DNA of 64,000 nt, from the NCBI GenBank assembly GCA_032718475.1, contig JAUCBJ010000365.1, forward strand, positions 7,363 to 71,362. The letters run 5' to 3'. This stretch comes from Nemertoderma westbladi. Taxonomy: Eukaryota; Animalia; Xenacoelomorpha. Both the position numbers and the translations under genes were made by a program. Every line of letters starts with the position of its first letter. Within the stretch, counting starts at the first letter, position 1. Positions 35,101 to 46,905 of the stretch are shown here, one piece after another. Below the pieces are notes generated by a model. It ran no database searches, was not told where the DNA came from, and saw only the letters and a list, made by a program, of their open reading frames with translations.

Positions 35101-38100
35101 TACTTGGTTCATGATGTTAGATAGGTAGGTTATACTTGCTACATTACTTGGTTCATGGTGTTAGATAGGGAGGTTATACTTGTTACATTACTTGGTTCAT
35201 GATACCTGATACCTGTTACATTACTTGGTTTAAGATGTTGTTACTAAATACTAAATAGAAGCTATGATAAACCTGTTACCAGTACATAACCTGGGTATTT
35301 GTTTCCAGCAATTATTAATATTAAAAACTAGGGAAAATGTACGACCATACCCACGCAGGCTCTGGTGGCCACAGGCTTCTGTCTGTCTGTGGTCGTTAGT
35401 AAGTCAGCCTTATAATACAAACTGTTAAATCTTCTGGGGGGAGGTAAGAATAAGTTAGGTAAGCGAGTATTCAAGCTTTGGTAAGTCGTGAGAACCCTGG
35501 ACAGGGATTAGGGTCTTTGCATTGCTTTCCGTAGGATTATTCCATTGTAATTTTTTGATTAATTTTTCAGCATCATGAGGCATGCTATCTGCCAGTCAGT
35601 GATTGGTGATTCAGGTGCACTATTCACTTTACGTTATTTTGACGATTCAATAACTTAAATATCAGGAACTACCACATCCTATTTGAAAGTAATATAGGAA
35701 CTCCAGTCATTACTACCAATTAAATAAATTGGAGTTGAGCAAGTCAGGGGCAAGTGTCTGAACTGGTTAGGTTAGCGCTACTGATGAGGTCTGATAGGCC
35801 GAATGCGTACGTATAGCGCTGGTTCAACCCCCGGTGACGTGCTTTCTCATTTTTTCCATTTCTGAACAAAACCATTATATTACATCATTAATTACAGTTG
35901 CATCAACAGCTCTACTCCAATTTATTTAATTAATATCACCTGGCAGCAATACTCGAGCTGAATATTTATTTATTTGTACTTCCCTCCTGTTTCACTCTAA
36001 CATACTTGAGGCCGGTAGGTCCGCTGTTAGAGATAGGATATATGCAACTTAAGACTGCCTGTTCAAATAGAAGTGGATTAGGTGGGAGAGCGAATGTCAG
36101 GGGCAAGTGGCTGAACTGGTTAGCGCTACTGATGAGGCCTGATAGGCCGAAACGTACGTATAGGCCCAACCCCCGGTGACGCGCTTTCTCATTTTTTCAA
36201 TTTCTGAACAAAACCATAATATTACACCTTTAAATATACAGTTGCTTTAGTACAGCTCAACTCCAATTTATCTAGCTAGTATCACCTGGCAGCAATACTT
36301 CACGAGCTTGAATATTTATTTATGTTTGTACGTCCCTCCTGTTTCACTCTGACATAATTCAGGCCGGGGTAGGTCCGCTGTTAGAGATACTGGATTTGCA
36401 ACTTAAGCCCCGGCAACTGTGTCAACAGAAGTGGATTAGCTGCGAGAGTGAATGTCAGGGGAAAGTGGCTGAACTGGTTAGCGCTACTGTTCGAGGCCGG
36501 AATGGTAGCGCTGCTATCAATCCCGGTCACGCGCTTAAATCTGCATTTCTTCTTCAGTTCTGAACAGTACCGTAATATTACAGCTTTAGCTAATTGCTAT
36601 CACTAGTTGTTTCTAATTGGTTCACGGTCCTTGACATAGGTGACCATTATTACCGTAATGTGTGTGTGTGTGTGTGTTAGTGTGTGTGTGTGTGTGTGTG
36701 TGTGTCCAGAGCGATATCTCAGTTATTTATTAATCAATCGAAACAAAATTTGGACAAAAGTTAGATATAGGGATGGCGAAGGCTCATACAAAAAATTGGG
36801 TGTCGAGATGGTATTTGTGCGATGTGAGCGCTATATTTGCGTGTTTTCGCATGGTTTAGGAAAAAGCTATCTTGTCATAGGGAACGCAATGAATGATTCT
36901 GATATTTGGCATGGAGGTACCTGAATTATTTGTAAATCGATTAACGGAGGCCGATTTTTAAATTTGGACCTACATTATGACCTAATTGAAGATTTAATTA
37001 AGGTAATTAATTAGCACTGCTAGTACTGTCTGATTGTCTGCCTGTAGTAGGCATACCGGACCGGTACTACCTGACCACTGTAGGCCTATCTGCCTATCTT
37101 CATACTGTCATAGGTCAGTACAGCAGTAGGTCCTAGCCTAGCCCTAGCAGTAAATATAACAAGCTGGCAAGCCTGGAGGGTTCACGGTCCTCCTACTTAA
37201 TCAGTACAATAATAATAACCGATACATCATTGTCGAAACGTACCCAGTATTCGGGTACCGGCTGGCGGCTGACCGGTACGTTTTCGTTCGGGTAGGCCTA
37301 TGTTTCCTTTTCACTTGTTCCCATCGTAGGCGACCTCATGCTCATCCCACCACGACCACGACCACCAGTTACGAGTTGGGTAGGCGTCTACCGGCAACCG
37401 GTAAGTAATTACGCGCCACACGACGTCATCCCGCCATCCGCCAACATTTATACCGGTACGGTAAGCCTACCACCTACCGGTTGGCTACCATCGCACCGTA
37501 GGTCTACCGCCTACGGTAGGGTACGTACCGTACAGCGGTACTCAAAGTCGTACCGGTATTGTCGTAATTGACAAATGCAGGATTAAACTGTAACCCGTTC
37601 CGGTACCGGTACCATATGCATCTGAACGACTGGACGGTTAATCTCATAGCATAGCTGCATAGGCCTACCTGTAGTTAGTGCAAAGTCGCCTGCGAACATG
37701 GCGAAATATTATATATAAGCCAGCATAGCCTACCCTGCTACCTGATGGATAATAATAAACTGAAATGCTATGCCAGTCTGCCAGTCCAATGCAGTCAGAA
37801 GTACCAGTACTTGGTACTGCCAGTTTGCTGCTATGCCAGTATGCTAGCAGGTAGTGCATAGTGCTAAGATTGTCTACCGGTACAGATGAACTACAGGCAG
37901 ACAATCAGACAATACTAGCAGTCTAGGGCCTACAGGACTGCAGTACCGGTACTGCAGTATTGGTAATTGCTAATGCTAATTAATTACCTTAATTAAATCT
38001 TCAATTAGGTCATAATGTAGGTCCAAATTTAAAAATCGGCCTCCGTTAATCGATTTAGAAATAATTCAGGTACCTCCATGCCAAATATCAGAATCATTCA

Positions 38101-41100
38101 TTGCATTCCCTATGACAAGATAGCTTTTTCCTAAACCATGCGAAAACACGCAAATATAGCGCTCACATCGCACAAATACATCGCATAAATATTACGACAA
38201 TACCGGTACGACTTTGAGTACCGCTGTACCGGTACGCGGTAGCCTACCGTTACGGTTGACCGGTAGGCGTAGGCGGTAGACCTACGGTGCGATGGTAGCC
38301 AGCCGGTAGGTGGTAGGCTTACCGTACCGGTATAAATGTTGGCGGATGGCGGGATGACGTCGTGTGGCGCGTAATTACTTACCGGTTGCCGGTAGACGCC
38401 TACCCAACTCGTAACTGGTGGTCGTGGTCGTGGTGGGATGAGCACAGGAGCATGAGGTCGCCTACGATGGGAACAAGTGAAAAGGAAACATAGGCCTACC
38501 CGAACGAAAACGTATTATTATTGTACTGATTAAGTAGGAGGACCGTGAACCTTCCAGGCTTGCCAGCTTGTTCTTTCTTATTGTTTCCAGACAAGATATC
38601 AGAAACGCAATGTATAACTCTCAGGCGAGACTGGCTATTATGTCTAAAGATGAAGCATCTAATGATATGCCTGAACATAGGGGCAGACCTGATGGTGGAG
38701 TTAGAGGTGAAGTATGGATGGAGTGGGGTGGGTAGGGTTCACAAAAACGTGTCTTTACGAGGTAGAGGTGGGAGAAAAAATAATAAAATATTTAATCGAT
38801 AATCAACTAACATATTCCCATCGCAGACTTTGCAACTTTCCCCAGGTATGGGAAGTCCAAAAAAGGGCTCCTGCAAAATTATTGTGATATGGTAACCAAT
38901 TCAACTTCACTCTAAACATTTATATCATACCGTATGATGTATTCATTATCTGTTGAAATTTATCAATTCACAGGTAAATTTTACAATGTATTTTATGGAT
39001 GCTTTGGAATTATAGAGAAAACCATCTGATTAGGATATGTATTAAGATATGTATCCTTATAAATATATTACAGGTTTTGGAGGAACACAGATGGAACCGC
39101 TGTGTTCCGGTGCTGAGGAGAACCTTCTGTATTATCCTTATACCAAAGATTATTACTATGGTAACAACATCTTCCTCCATGAACTCGGTCATGGTATTCA
39201 TCTAATCGGTGTCATGGGAGGCGACCCTCAACTGTACGCCGATATAGATAATACTTGGCAGAGATCCAAGTCACTTTGGGTAAACTGTTATGGTAAGTTT
39301 TGGCAAAATGGAAACTGGAGATAGAAAGTTGAGGTAGAAAGTGGGACTCACTTCAGACAGACGGTTTGATACGCATAAATTTTGACACAAAAAATAATCC
39401 TTTTGACCTATCAATTTCAGACACAATACGATGTACCTACTCAATGATTTTCAACCGTTTTGTTTGTGCGTTTTTGTTGTGAATGAGGTACAAACAGATG
39501 CATAAATTTGAGACAGTTTTTAACCACTTTAGCTATGCAGATGGATTTCCCTGAACAGCCTCTGAAACAAAAAACATGCCTCTCCAATGTTTTGTTTATT
39601 TATTCTTGTTCCATTGTTACTATTCTATATTATATGTTTATTTATACTTTGAAGGTGCTGTTGATCCAGCTGAATGGATGGGAGAGAACATGATGTACTA
39701 TTTTGGTCAATCAGTGGAATCTGACAATGCTGATGGAAGTTGTGATGGTATTAAGAATTTCGTCAACACTCGAGATGAGTTAAAAAGTTATGATAGAGCG
39801 GCCTACGATCTAACTAAGAGAATATTCCCATGTCAAAATGAAATCATACCACTTTCAAGTAAAGAAGACCCGGATATCACTGTAAGTATATCAAATAAAG
39901 AAGATTCTGATATTATTTCATTATCAGTACCAAGTATATTATAAAAAGCACCATCCACCATCCAGATAGCACTAAATATTTCAAGGATATAAGGCATATC
40001 AGATCATACTGCAAACATAATCAGTGTTAATATCTATGGAGTATGACATGGAACACAGTTTGGGGTGTCCCACCTACATTACTTCTCAGAACTGTAAACT
40101 GCCAGCTCGGCTACATTGGCTAGACCTGCAACATTAAGAAGCCATCAAAGGTTGAAAGCTAATTGATTATTGTTGTTGAGGTAGCATTTTTGTCTCATCT
40201 GAGATGTTGATTTACCAGCCAGGTCTACAAATTTGAATTTAAATTGGAAATTAAATTTTCACAATATTAGTTATAATAAAATAAAAATATTGATGTAGCA
40301 ATAAATCAATACAGTTTAAATGAGAAATATATTAATCACCCCAGTGTTAGAGATGGCTTACATACAACACTATTGTTGCTAATGGATATCCTACTATAAT
40401 TCATTCAGATATAAATATATATATATAAGGAAATAGCATCTCTTACCAAGGAGTATTCCTTTAAAGGAGGCTTTGGAACCAATGTATTCACCGCCCTCGA
40501 TGCCAAATTGGGATATGGACAGATTGAACTCGTTATGGAATCACTCGATCTAATGGCATTCATCATGCAGTGGGACCGGTATCCGTACTGCCGGGCACCC
40601 ATGGGTTTCATCAGCTCAGGGGATAGTTATTACTAATGCCCCAGGTAGAGAAAAATCACAGACAATATGGTGGTCGAGGATACACACATTGATGAACGTG
40701 GCGACTGCATTAAACAGGCCCTCGACCATTGCCAAGAAAACAGTATCATATTGAACCAAGAAAAACTCTAATGCTAACATACTGAACAGCAAGGGTTGGC
40801 GGCAGACCCAAACAAAGTCCAGGTGATCAGTGAGTATCTGTCACCATTGAACATCACAGACTTACACAGTTTTATGGGTCTGGTCAAACAGCTGGGTATT
40901 TCTCATGTGAGATTTCGACCATAGCATCATCCACGTGAGACCTACTATGTGTACGTATCACATTTGTATGGACTAGAAACCACAAAGATGCTTTAATGCG
41001 AAGCCAGCTTACCACTGGCGAGACTGACATCTCGAGACCAATGGAAGTTGCCTCCATGGACTCAGGTACGATCTACTCCAACGACAAAATTAGAAATGGC

Positions 41101-44100
41101 AGCTTGCCACATGCATGAGTAGATTCCTAATAGACCCAGTTGGAGTGCATAGTGATACAATATACAATCAAAAAGTGCTGTAGGAACTTGGCTGGATTAC
41201 TGACATTCACTAATATGACTGACAACTACTGTTTGGTGTTTGGTGTCTAATGTTTAACCCATACAACCTCCCCCAATTTGAGAATGGGAAAATTCAGAAA
41301 ATTAAAGCAGAACTAGAATCCTGCTACACTTTCACCATCATCACATGGCAGAACAGGAAGATCCACCTGATTGCGAATGTATCGAGCCAGGCTCCCACAG
41401 ACTCTGCTCCGGATGACCCAGAAAATGAAATGCCCAACAAAATTCCAACAGGGGGATTTCCTGCATTTTGTAGAAGTGGATAACAAACCCAACCCACTAC
41501 ACTTGCACTCCACTCCAGGCGGCGCAGTGGTGGTACGGCTATTGTCACGTTACAGAATGTCGCGTTATGACTAATTTTCAGAGTAGCCGTAATGTGACTT
41601 TGAAAGTCGTGGGTATCACAGTACACAGTACCATAGGTATATTGGTCGAAAGTATAATCAGTATGTTGCCGAAATATTGCACTTTGAATTTATCATTATA
41701 TTAATCAAATCAAAAATATCTAAAACTAAAGCTTTTGAATTAGCCAGTCATGCCCCGCGTATGGCATTTGGTTTGGTGGTGGGGTGGTTTGGAATGGTTC
41801 AGCCGCGAAGGGGAGGTTCGGTGGTGGGGTGGTTTGGAATGGTTCGGGGGTGGGTTGGGAAGCAATGGTTCGGCCGCAGAGGGGTGGTTCGGGGGTGGGT
41901 TGGGAAGAAATGAATCAGCCGCGAAGGGGTTGTTCGGGGGTGGGTTGGGTTGGAATGGTTTGGCCGCGAAGGGGTGGTTCGGGGGTGGGTTGGGAAGGGT
42001 TCAGCCGCAAAGGGGTGGTTCAATACACCAACATGCCAGTCGGTATCACCACCTCCTCCCAATGCAGCTGGACTTTCAACTGGGTGATCGGCGGTTGGAA
42101 GGATGGCCATTGCCTGCTTGTCAGTCCCCAAACAGAATGCAATATGGTCTCGGTAGCGAGACAGGCGTTGGAACAACATCAATATGAAGTAGTGGAATAT
42201 GTTCCACAAAACCATTCAATGCTTCTTTGGCTGCTATTATTGACTGTAATCGGTATCTGTGCTTGAGGCTGTGACTAAGAATACCATATTATATTAAAAT
42301 ATTGAATGTGAGGTTGTCGAAGAACATCAGTATGAAAGATGGTAAAATGCCCCCTCCACCCCTGGATACTCCCATGCTGTAAAACATTATTACATTACAT
42401 TTTTTGGACCTCATCTGTACATAAACACAATAGAATAATATTGATAATGATTTCCTATGTAAAACCAAGACAATAGATTAGCCATAACGTGACAATTAGC
42501 CGTAATGCGACTTTTAGAGTCACCGTACCGCGACTTTCAAAGTCGCATTACGGCTAATCTCTCAAAAAATTACCGGAACGCGACATTAGCCGTAACGCGA
42601 CAACACCCTCCATCCAGGCTCGCACGATGACCTCTTGAATATCTACGAGCAGTATCTGGAGTACCATGAACTCATTGAGTGCATACAAACCAGCGATCAT
42701 AAAGCACTCACACTGATGACAGTGCAGCAATACTGTTCATAGACTGGTGTGGTGATCCCTGCCACTTGTCTTGATGAGATCCTGCAGAAACTCCATGCTT
42801 CATATATCATAATTACCCAAGTACACAGCAGGCTCGCACTACAGTTTACTGGCCTGGCATCAATGAGAAAATGGAACATGACATGGGCCACTGCCACAGG
42901 TGCCAAAGTCATCACAAGGAGACCCTGAGGGAGAAACCATCCCAATGAGTCCCATGGAGTTGGCTTCCTTCTTATGGTTCTGTATTCACCCTTGCAGGTA
43001 AACATTTCATAGTATATGCTGACAGACGTCTGGCTATCCATGACCACACTGCATAGCAGTGCGTCGATGGCATTCACCATTTCTTTGTATATCTCTGAGT
43101 GCCCAACATTTTGCATACAGCGGCATACAATACACCACCACTGAAGTTTTCCAGCGCTTTCTCAAAGAGGGGTGTGCACTGGGAGGCGAGCACAGCATAC
43201 TTTACTAGCAGTATTGCCCATGCCAAGGCCATCATCAAGCAAATCAAAATGCTGCTTAAGAAACTGTGATACCCTTAATTATGCTCCACCGGGTTCCAAT
43301 GTGGTCTATTGGAACTGAGAAACATGCCATATGCGAATGGGTGGTCGCCTAATGAAATGGTGTTTGGGCAAACTTACCATCCACGCCCACCACAACCATT
43401 ATAACATCAGTATTGGAAAGATGAGGTGGACATGGCAGATAAATTTGCGGAAACACATCATGGGAGGGTGGTGGTGTTCTGTATCCAGTCTGCACACAAC
43501 CTCTGGCCCTTCGCTATAGGTGATACATTCCACACCCAGGACCCCAGGCCTGAGGGTGGACGCGCATAGGACTAGTATTGGAGGCCAGCTGGTGAGATGA
43601 TTATCGCATGAAACTCAACTCTGGCCAGATATGGTGGTGAAACCTTCACTTTATTCGACAATAGGCTTTATTTCCCACCACCTGGGAGCACTTCAGAACC
43701 ACTAACCCAACCACCACCAGCAGATGAAGTAGACAAAATCAGCAATAAAGAAGTTGAGAGTAAATTGGCCCAAAGGGAGGCTGGAGGTCTATTTCATACA
43801 TCCCAGTATGCTGGCCCAGAGTAAGGATTTTACTTGGGACCTTGATCGCAATCACCCAGCTTGAGATCGCAGAGAAAAGAGAGTATGGTGACTTGATTAA
43901 TATATACTGTATAACTAATATACATATACATGACATGCCCGCCCACCTTTGGTTCACCAGACTGATATACAGATAGGTACCCTTGCTACCATTGTACCAT
44001 AGTGGTATGCCAGTGCAGTGTTAAAGTCTGCTAGGCCTATCACCTAACCATTTTCCAGCATTTAGTGGTTGTTTAGTAATTATTGGTGTTTAGTCAATAT

Positions 44101-45302
44101 TGGCCTATGCGCATATTGATGATCTAAAGTTTATTACTGACTTTTTGAGTTTATTGTTCCAACCTGCGGTCTCCACATGCCGAACATACTGCGCCATGTG
44201 TGAGCTAAGGTGGGTATGTTTGAGTATATTAATTATACAGTATATTAATCAAGTCACCACAGCTCACAGGTTCCTCTGCCTTTATGGGAACAACTCTGGT
44301 TGCCATTCTAGAGAGTCCCTGATGTGATTCAACACGACTCGGTTAAATATGTTTGGTGTTAATCAGGGTAACATTACAGATTATTGATGTTTATAATGTG
44401 TAGGCCTACTGTAATCAGTGTCTCTGGATTTCTAGTTTTAGAATGCACATAATTATGTTTGTACCGGTAGTTTATCACATGGTACTACCATACTATAGTT
44501 ATATCATATCTCCTTATTCTAGTGGGTTAAAGGACATTGCCAGAATAGCGGTTTCATGTGGTATACGTTCAATGACTTCCATTTGGAATCCGTCAGTGTA
44601 GCTGCTTTGGGAGAAACTTGTGATGATGGAAGTACTGCCTGTGGATTCTGGAAAGATATTGGGGAATGCATAAATAATCCTGGGTTTATGTTCTTGGTAT
44701 GCCGAGCTTCTTGCGGATACTGTTGGAACCATTTCGCACCGGATCCCCCTAAATCCGTGTTGGCGGTAGTTCTTGCAGATGGAGATATAAAGGTATAGTT
44801 AGTGACTCTGTACAAAAAATGTACATGTCTTACATTCTTGTACGCCTGTAGATTTTTCCAGCAACATTTTTGTTTATAATTTTTTTAAAATAAGAGATAC
44901 AAATTTGTCCACTTTTTAATCCTTTTAAAAGCGATTTATATTTGCTTATACCACAAGGATGAATAATGATATTTTGTACATTGTATGTTCTTCTAGGTGA
45001 GCTGGGTACCTGGACATAATGGAGACCTCCCAAATACATACCAACTACTCATTGAAGATGAAAGTTTATCCTTTCAATATGGTTGGAGTGTCTCCACTCC
45101 GGAGACTATTGTCAGTGACCTTCCTAATGGTTCTTCTTATATAGCCAGAGTCCGGGCTTGTCATATGTCTACATGTGGAGAATACACTGATTCTACTCTA
45201 TTTACCGTGGCTGGAAGCTGTTCCTGTAAACCCAACATGTCCGACATCCTCCCCGGCGCTATAATCTTAACCTCTGGTGATGCAACAGCCTTAGAATATT
45301 AA
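23108..45302 (+). CDS. Copy C: secreted HExxH zinc metallopeptidase (anthrax LF/PPEP, M34-like) with ShKT and FN3 domains, about 584 aa, intact
   Basis: Exons on + strand: 23108-23168, 25098-25458, 34400-34594, 38591-38706, 39074-39292, 39655-39881, 44523-44792, 44997-45302. Total 1755 nt, GT-AG, with the same phases and the same exon 3-8 lengths as copy B. N-terminus MKMLDHKPYLKYLVVLFVLSARG; HELGHGIH; EWMGE; ShKT CDDGSTACGFWKDIGECINNPGFMFLVCRASCGYC; FN3. Confidence 0.9.
23139..24826 (+). repeat. 52/53-bp minisatellite made of the exon-1 3' end plus 5' splice site of copy C (about 32 units)
   Basis: Unit AGTACCTAGTGGTTCTGCTTGTGTTATCAG|GTAATTGTTTGGTCCGACCAGCC; the first unit encodes the signal-peptide core YLVVLFVLS. 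Confidence 0.95.
25484..34224. repeat. 22-bp satellite (GTGCCTTAGTAGAGTAGTTGCA), about 360 units, filling intron 2 of copy C
   Basis: Directly visible; interrupted once by a MITE at 26363-27139. Confidence 0.98.
26363..27139. mobile_element. MITE-like insertion with about 62-bp terminal inverted repeats inside the satellite
   Basis: GGTACTTTTGCACTTTAGGTCCCCACCCCTAGATTTTTTTTGTTTTCTCCTTTCTGAGATTT at the left end and its reverse complement ending at 27139. AT-rich interior with TACTAGCTA motifs. Confidence 0.88.
34563..35240 (+). repeat. 44-bp exon-3 donor minisatellite in copy C (about 15 units)
   Basis: Unit TGTTACATTACTTGGTTCATGATGTTAGAT(C/A)G|GTAGGTTATACT. Confidence 0.95.
35774..35820 (+). 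ncRNA. Type I hammerhead ribozyme motif, copy 1 (perfect stem I, altered GAAA core)
   Basis: AGCGCUA-CUGAUGA-GGUCU gau AGGCC-GAAUG-CGUACG-UA-UAGCGCU. Confidence 0.7.
36122..36166 (+). ncRNA. Type I hammerhead ribozyme, copy 2 (canonical core, predicted cleavage after GUA at 36160)
   Basis: AGCGCUA-CUGAUGA-GGCCU gau AGGCC-GAAA-CGUACG-UA-UAGGCC, with a minimal palindromic stem III. Confidence 0.85.
36615..38570. mobile_element. HINE/Helentron-like element with (TG)n microsatellite and a rearranged inverted duplicate
   Basis: GGTTCACGGTCC at about 36619, about 37179 and (inverted) about 38540. About 36810-37020 is inverted at about 37975-38180, and about 37160-37568 is inverted at about 38191-38570. 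Confidence 0.6.
40440..43680 (+). mobile_element. Highly degenerate Ty3/Gypsy pol relic (RT, RNase H region, integrase) in intron 6 of copy C
   Basis: FTALDAKLGYGQIEL, RYPYCRAPMGFISSGDSY, GLAADPNKVQVI...DLHSFMGLVKQLG, EILQKLHAS...TVYWPGIN and VYADR. Many stops and frameshifts. Confidence 0.8.
41535..42607. mobile_element. MITE-like element nested in the Gypsy relic, with a G-rich internal minisatellite
   Basis: TAGCCGTAATGTGACTTTGAAAGTCG at about 41584 is inverted as CGACTTTCAAAGTCGCATTACGGCTA at about 42531. GGGGTGGTTCGGGGGTGGGTTGGG repeats at about 41770-42020. Confidence 0.6.
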
Positions 45303-45984
45303 GCGACCACCCAAAAACCTTGTTAACCTGCGATCATGAATTATATACTGGTATATACAATATCAGTTACATGTTATCATCAATAATATGTGGTGAACAG
45401 GTAGCTCTGATTCTATAGAATAAGCTGAATATCGCATTATGATGCTATTATTGTTTTAATGTGGTGAACTGGTAGCAATAACTCATCCTGTAGAATATAT
45501 AAAAGCTCAATATCGCATGATGATGCTATTATTACTGTAGGCCTACTTTAATTTTTGTGAATTTGGTGGAACTTCCTTAATCATAAAAATATCCAAAAGA
45601 AAAATATCCTTCACCTTTGCATTAATTCATTTAATATAAATCTATCGAAAAAAAGAAATATAAGTAGAGCCAAACAGCTAATAATGCACAAAACAAGTAT
45701 AGATATAGGCTGTATTTTAAATTGCCAGAGGTGTAGTGAGGCCTTCTGACGTCCAGTGGAATGAAGCTGGAATATCCCCCGTCTCTTAAAAGTGTGGGGT
45801 GAGCAACGAAAGTAAGCGAGCTTAGCATACAGGTACCACTAACTCAATCAGTGTGAGCCACAAAGTGAGTGAGCCTTAAAATGGTGGTACCATTAATCAA
45901 CCTGTCGTTCTGTGGGGCGAGCCACGAAGTAAGTGAGCCTTACCGTAGTGGTACCATTAATCAACATATCGTTCTGTCGATCTA

Positions 45985-46905
45985 TCACTTGATTGAAGGA
46001 ATCAAGTCAAAGAATCTCCCTGCAGTCATGACTTTTGTGGACTTCAAGAAGGCATTCGACTCCATCCATAGAGGTAAAATGCTTGAAATTCTAAGTGCTT
46101 ATGGAATACCAGAAGTAATTGTTGCTGGCATTGGATTGTTATATTGTGACACAGAAGCACTGGTACTCTCACCAGATGGTGAAACTGAGTTTTTCTCAAT
46201 CCTGGCTGGTGAACTGCAAGGCGACACATTAGCACCATTACTATTTGTAATTGTACTGGATTACGCAATGAGGAACGGCCACAATGGGTGAAGATCTGGG
46301 ATTCACACTTCAAGAACGCAGAAGTAGTAGATATCTGGCACTACAGTCACAGACACCGACTTTGCGGATGACAGTGCCCTGCTCTCTAATACGCTAGCAG
46401 ATGCACAGCTTCAACTTAATAAAGTGGAGAGGGCTGCTAAGGAGGTTGGATTGCATATAAATTGTTGATAATTATATTGATGGAAACTTGACAACCATTG
46501 ATAATAATCAACTAAGGAAGGTCGATGACTTCCAGTACCTAGGATCATGGATAGAGAGTAGCAAAAAGAACATAGAAGTTAGGAAAGCAAAGGCTTGGGT
46601 AGCTCTATCAAAAATGAATACCATCTGGAAATCAGATCTATCCAGGCACCTGAAGACTAAGTTGTTTCGAGCCACAGTGCAAAGTGTATTTATATACAGG
46701 GTTGAGACCTGGACACTGACTAAATCGCTTGAACAACGAATTGATGGTTGCTACACAAGACTACTAAGGGCAAGCCTAAACATCAGCTGGAGACAACACA
46801 TGAAAAACGCCGAGCTTTATGGTACGATACCACCTGCATCAACCACCCTCCGTGAACACAGATTAAAATTCAGTGGGCACTGCTGGCGAAGTAAAGACGA
46901 GGAAT
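45985..46905 (+). mobile_element. Degenerate RTE-type RT fragment (same family as 7918-8990)
   Basis: FVDFKKAFDSIHR, QGDTLAPLLF, DFADD, FQYLGSWI, HRLKFSGHCWR. Confidence 0.88.

Larger units (their letters stand above)
35716..36590 (+). mobile_element. Tandem array (about 2.4 units of about 355 bp) of a hammerhead-containing, tRNA/Pol III-box element (non-LTR retrozyme / Sm-alpha-like)
   Basis: Units start at 35743, 36096 and 36454. Each has an A-box-like TGGCTGAACTGG (degenerate in unit 1), a hammerhead motif (decayed in unit 3) and a B-box-like segment (GGTTCAACCC in unit 1). A short inverted piece lies at 35716-35740. Confidence 0.8.

Noticed and set aside
37338-38445. Duplicated MLIPPRPRPP... 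ORFs on opposite strands
   Set aside because: They arise from the inverted non-coding repeat, show no domain signal, and differ by indels.
41677-42266. Overlapping Gly/Trp-rich ORFs
   Set aside because: Translations of a G-rich tandem repeat.
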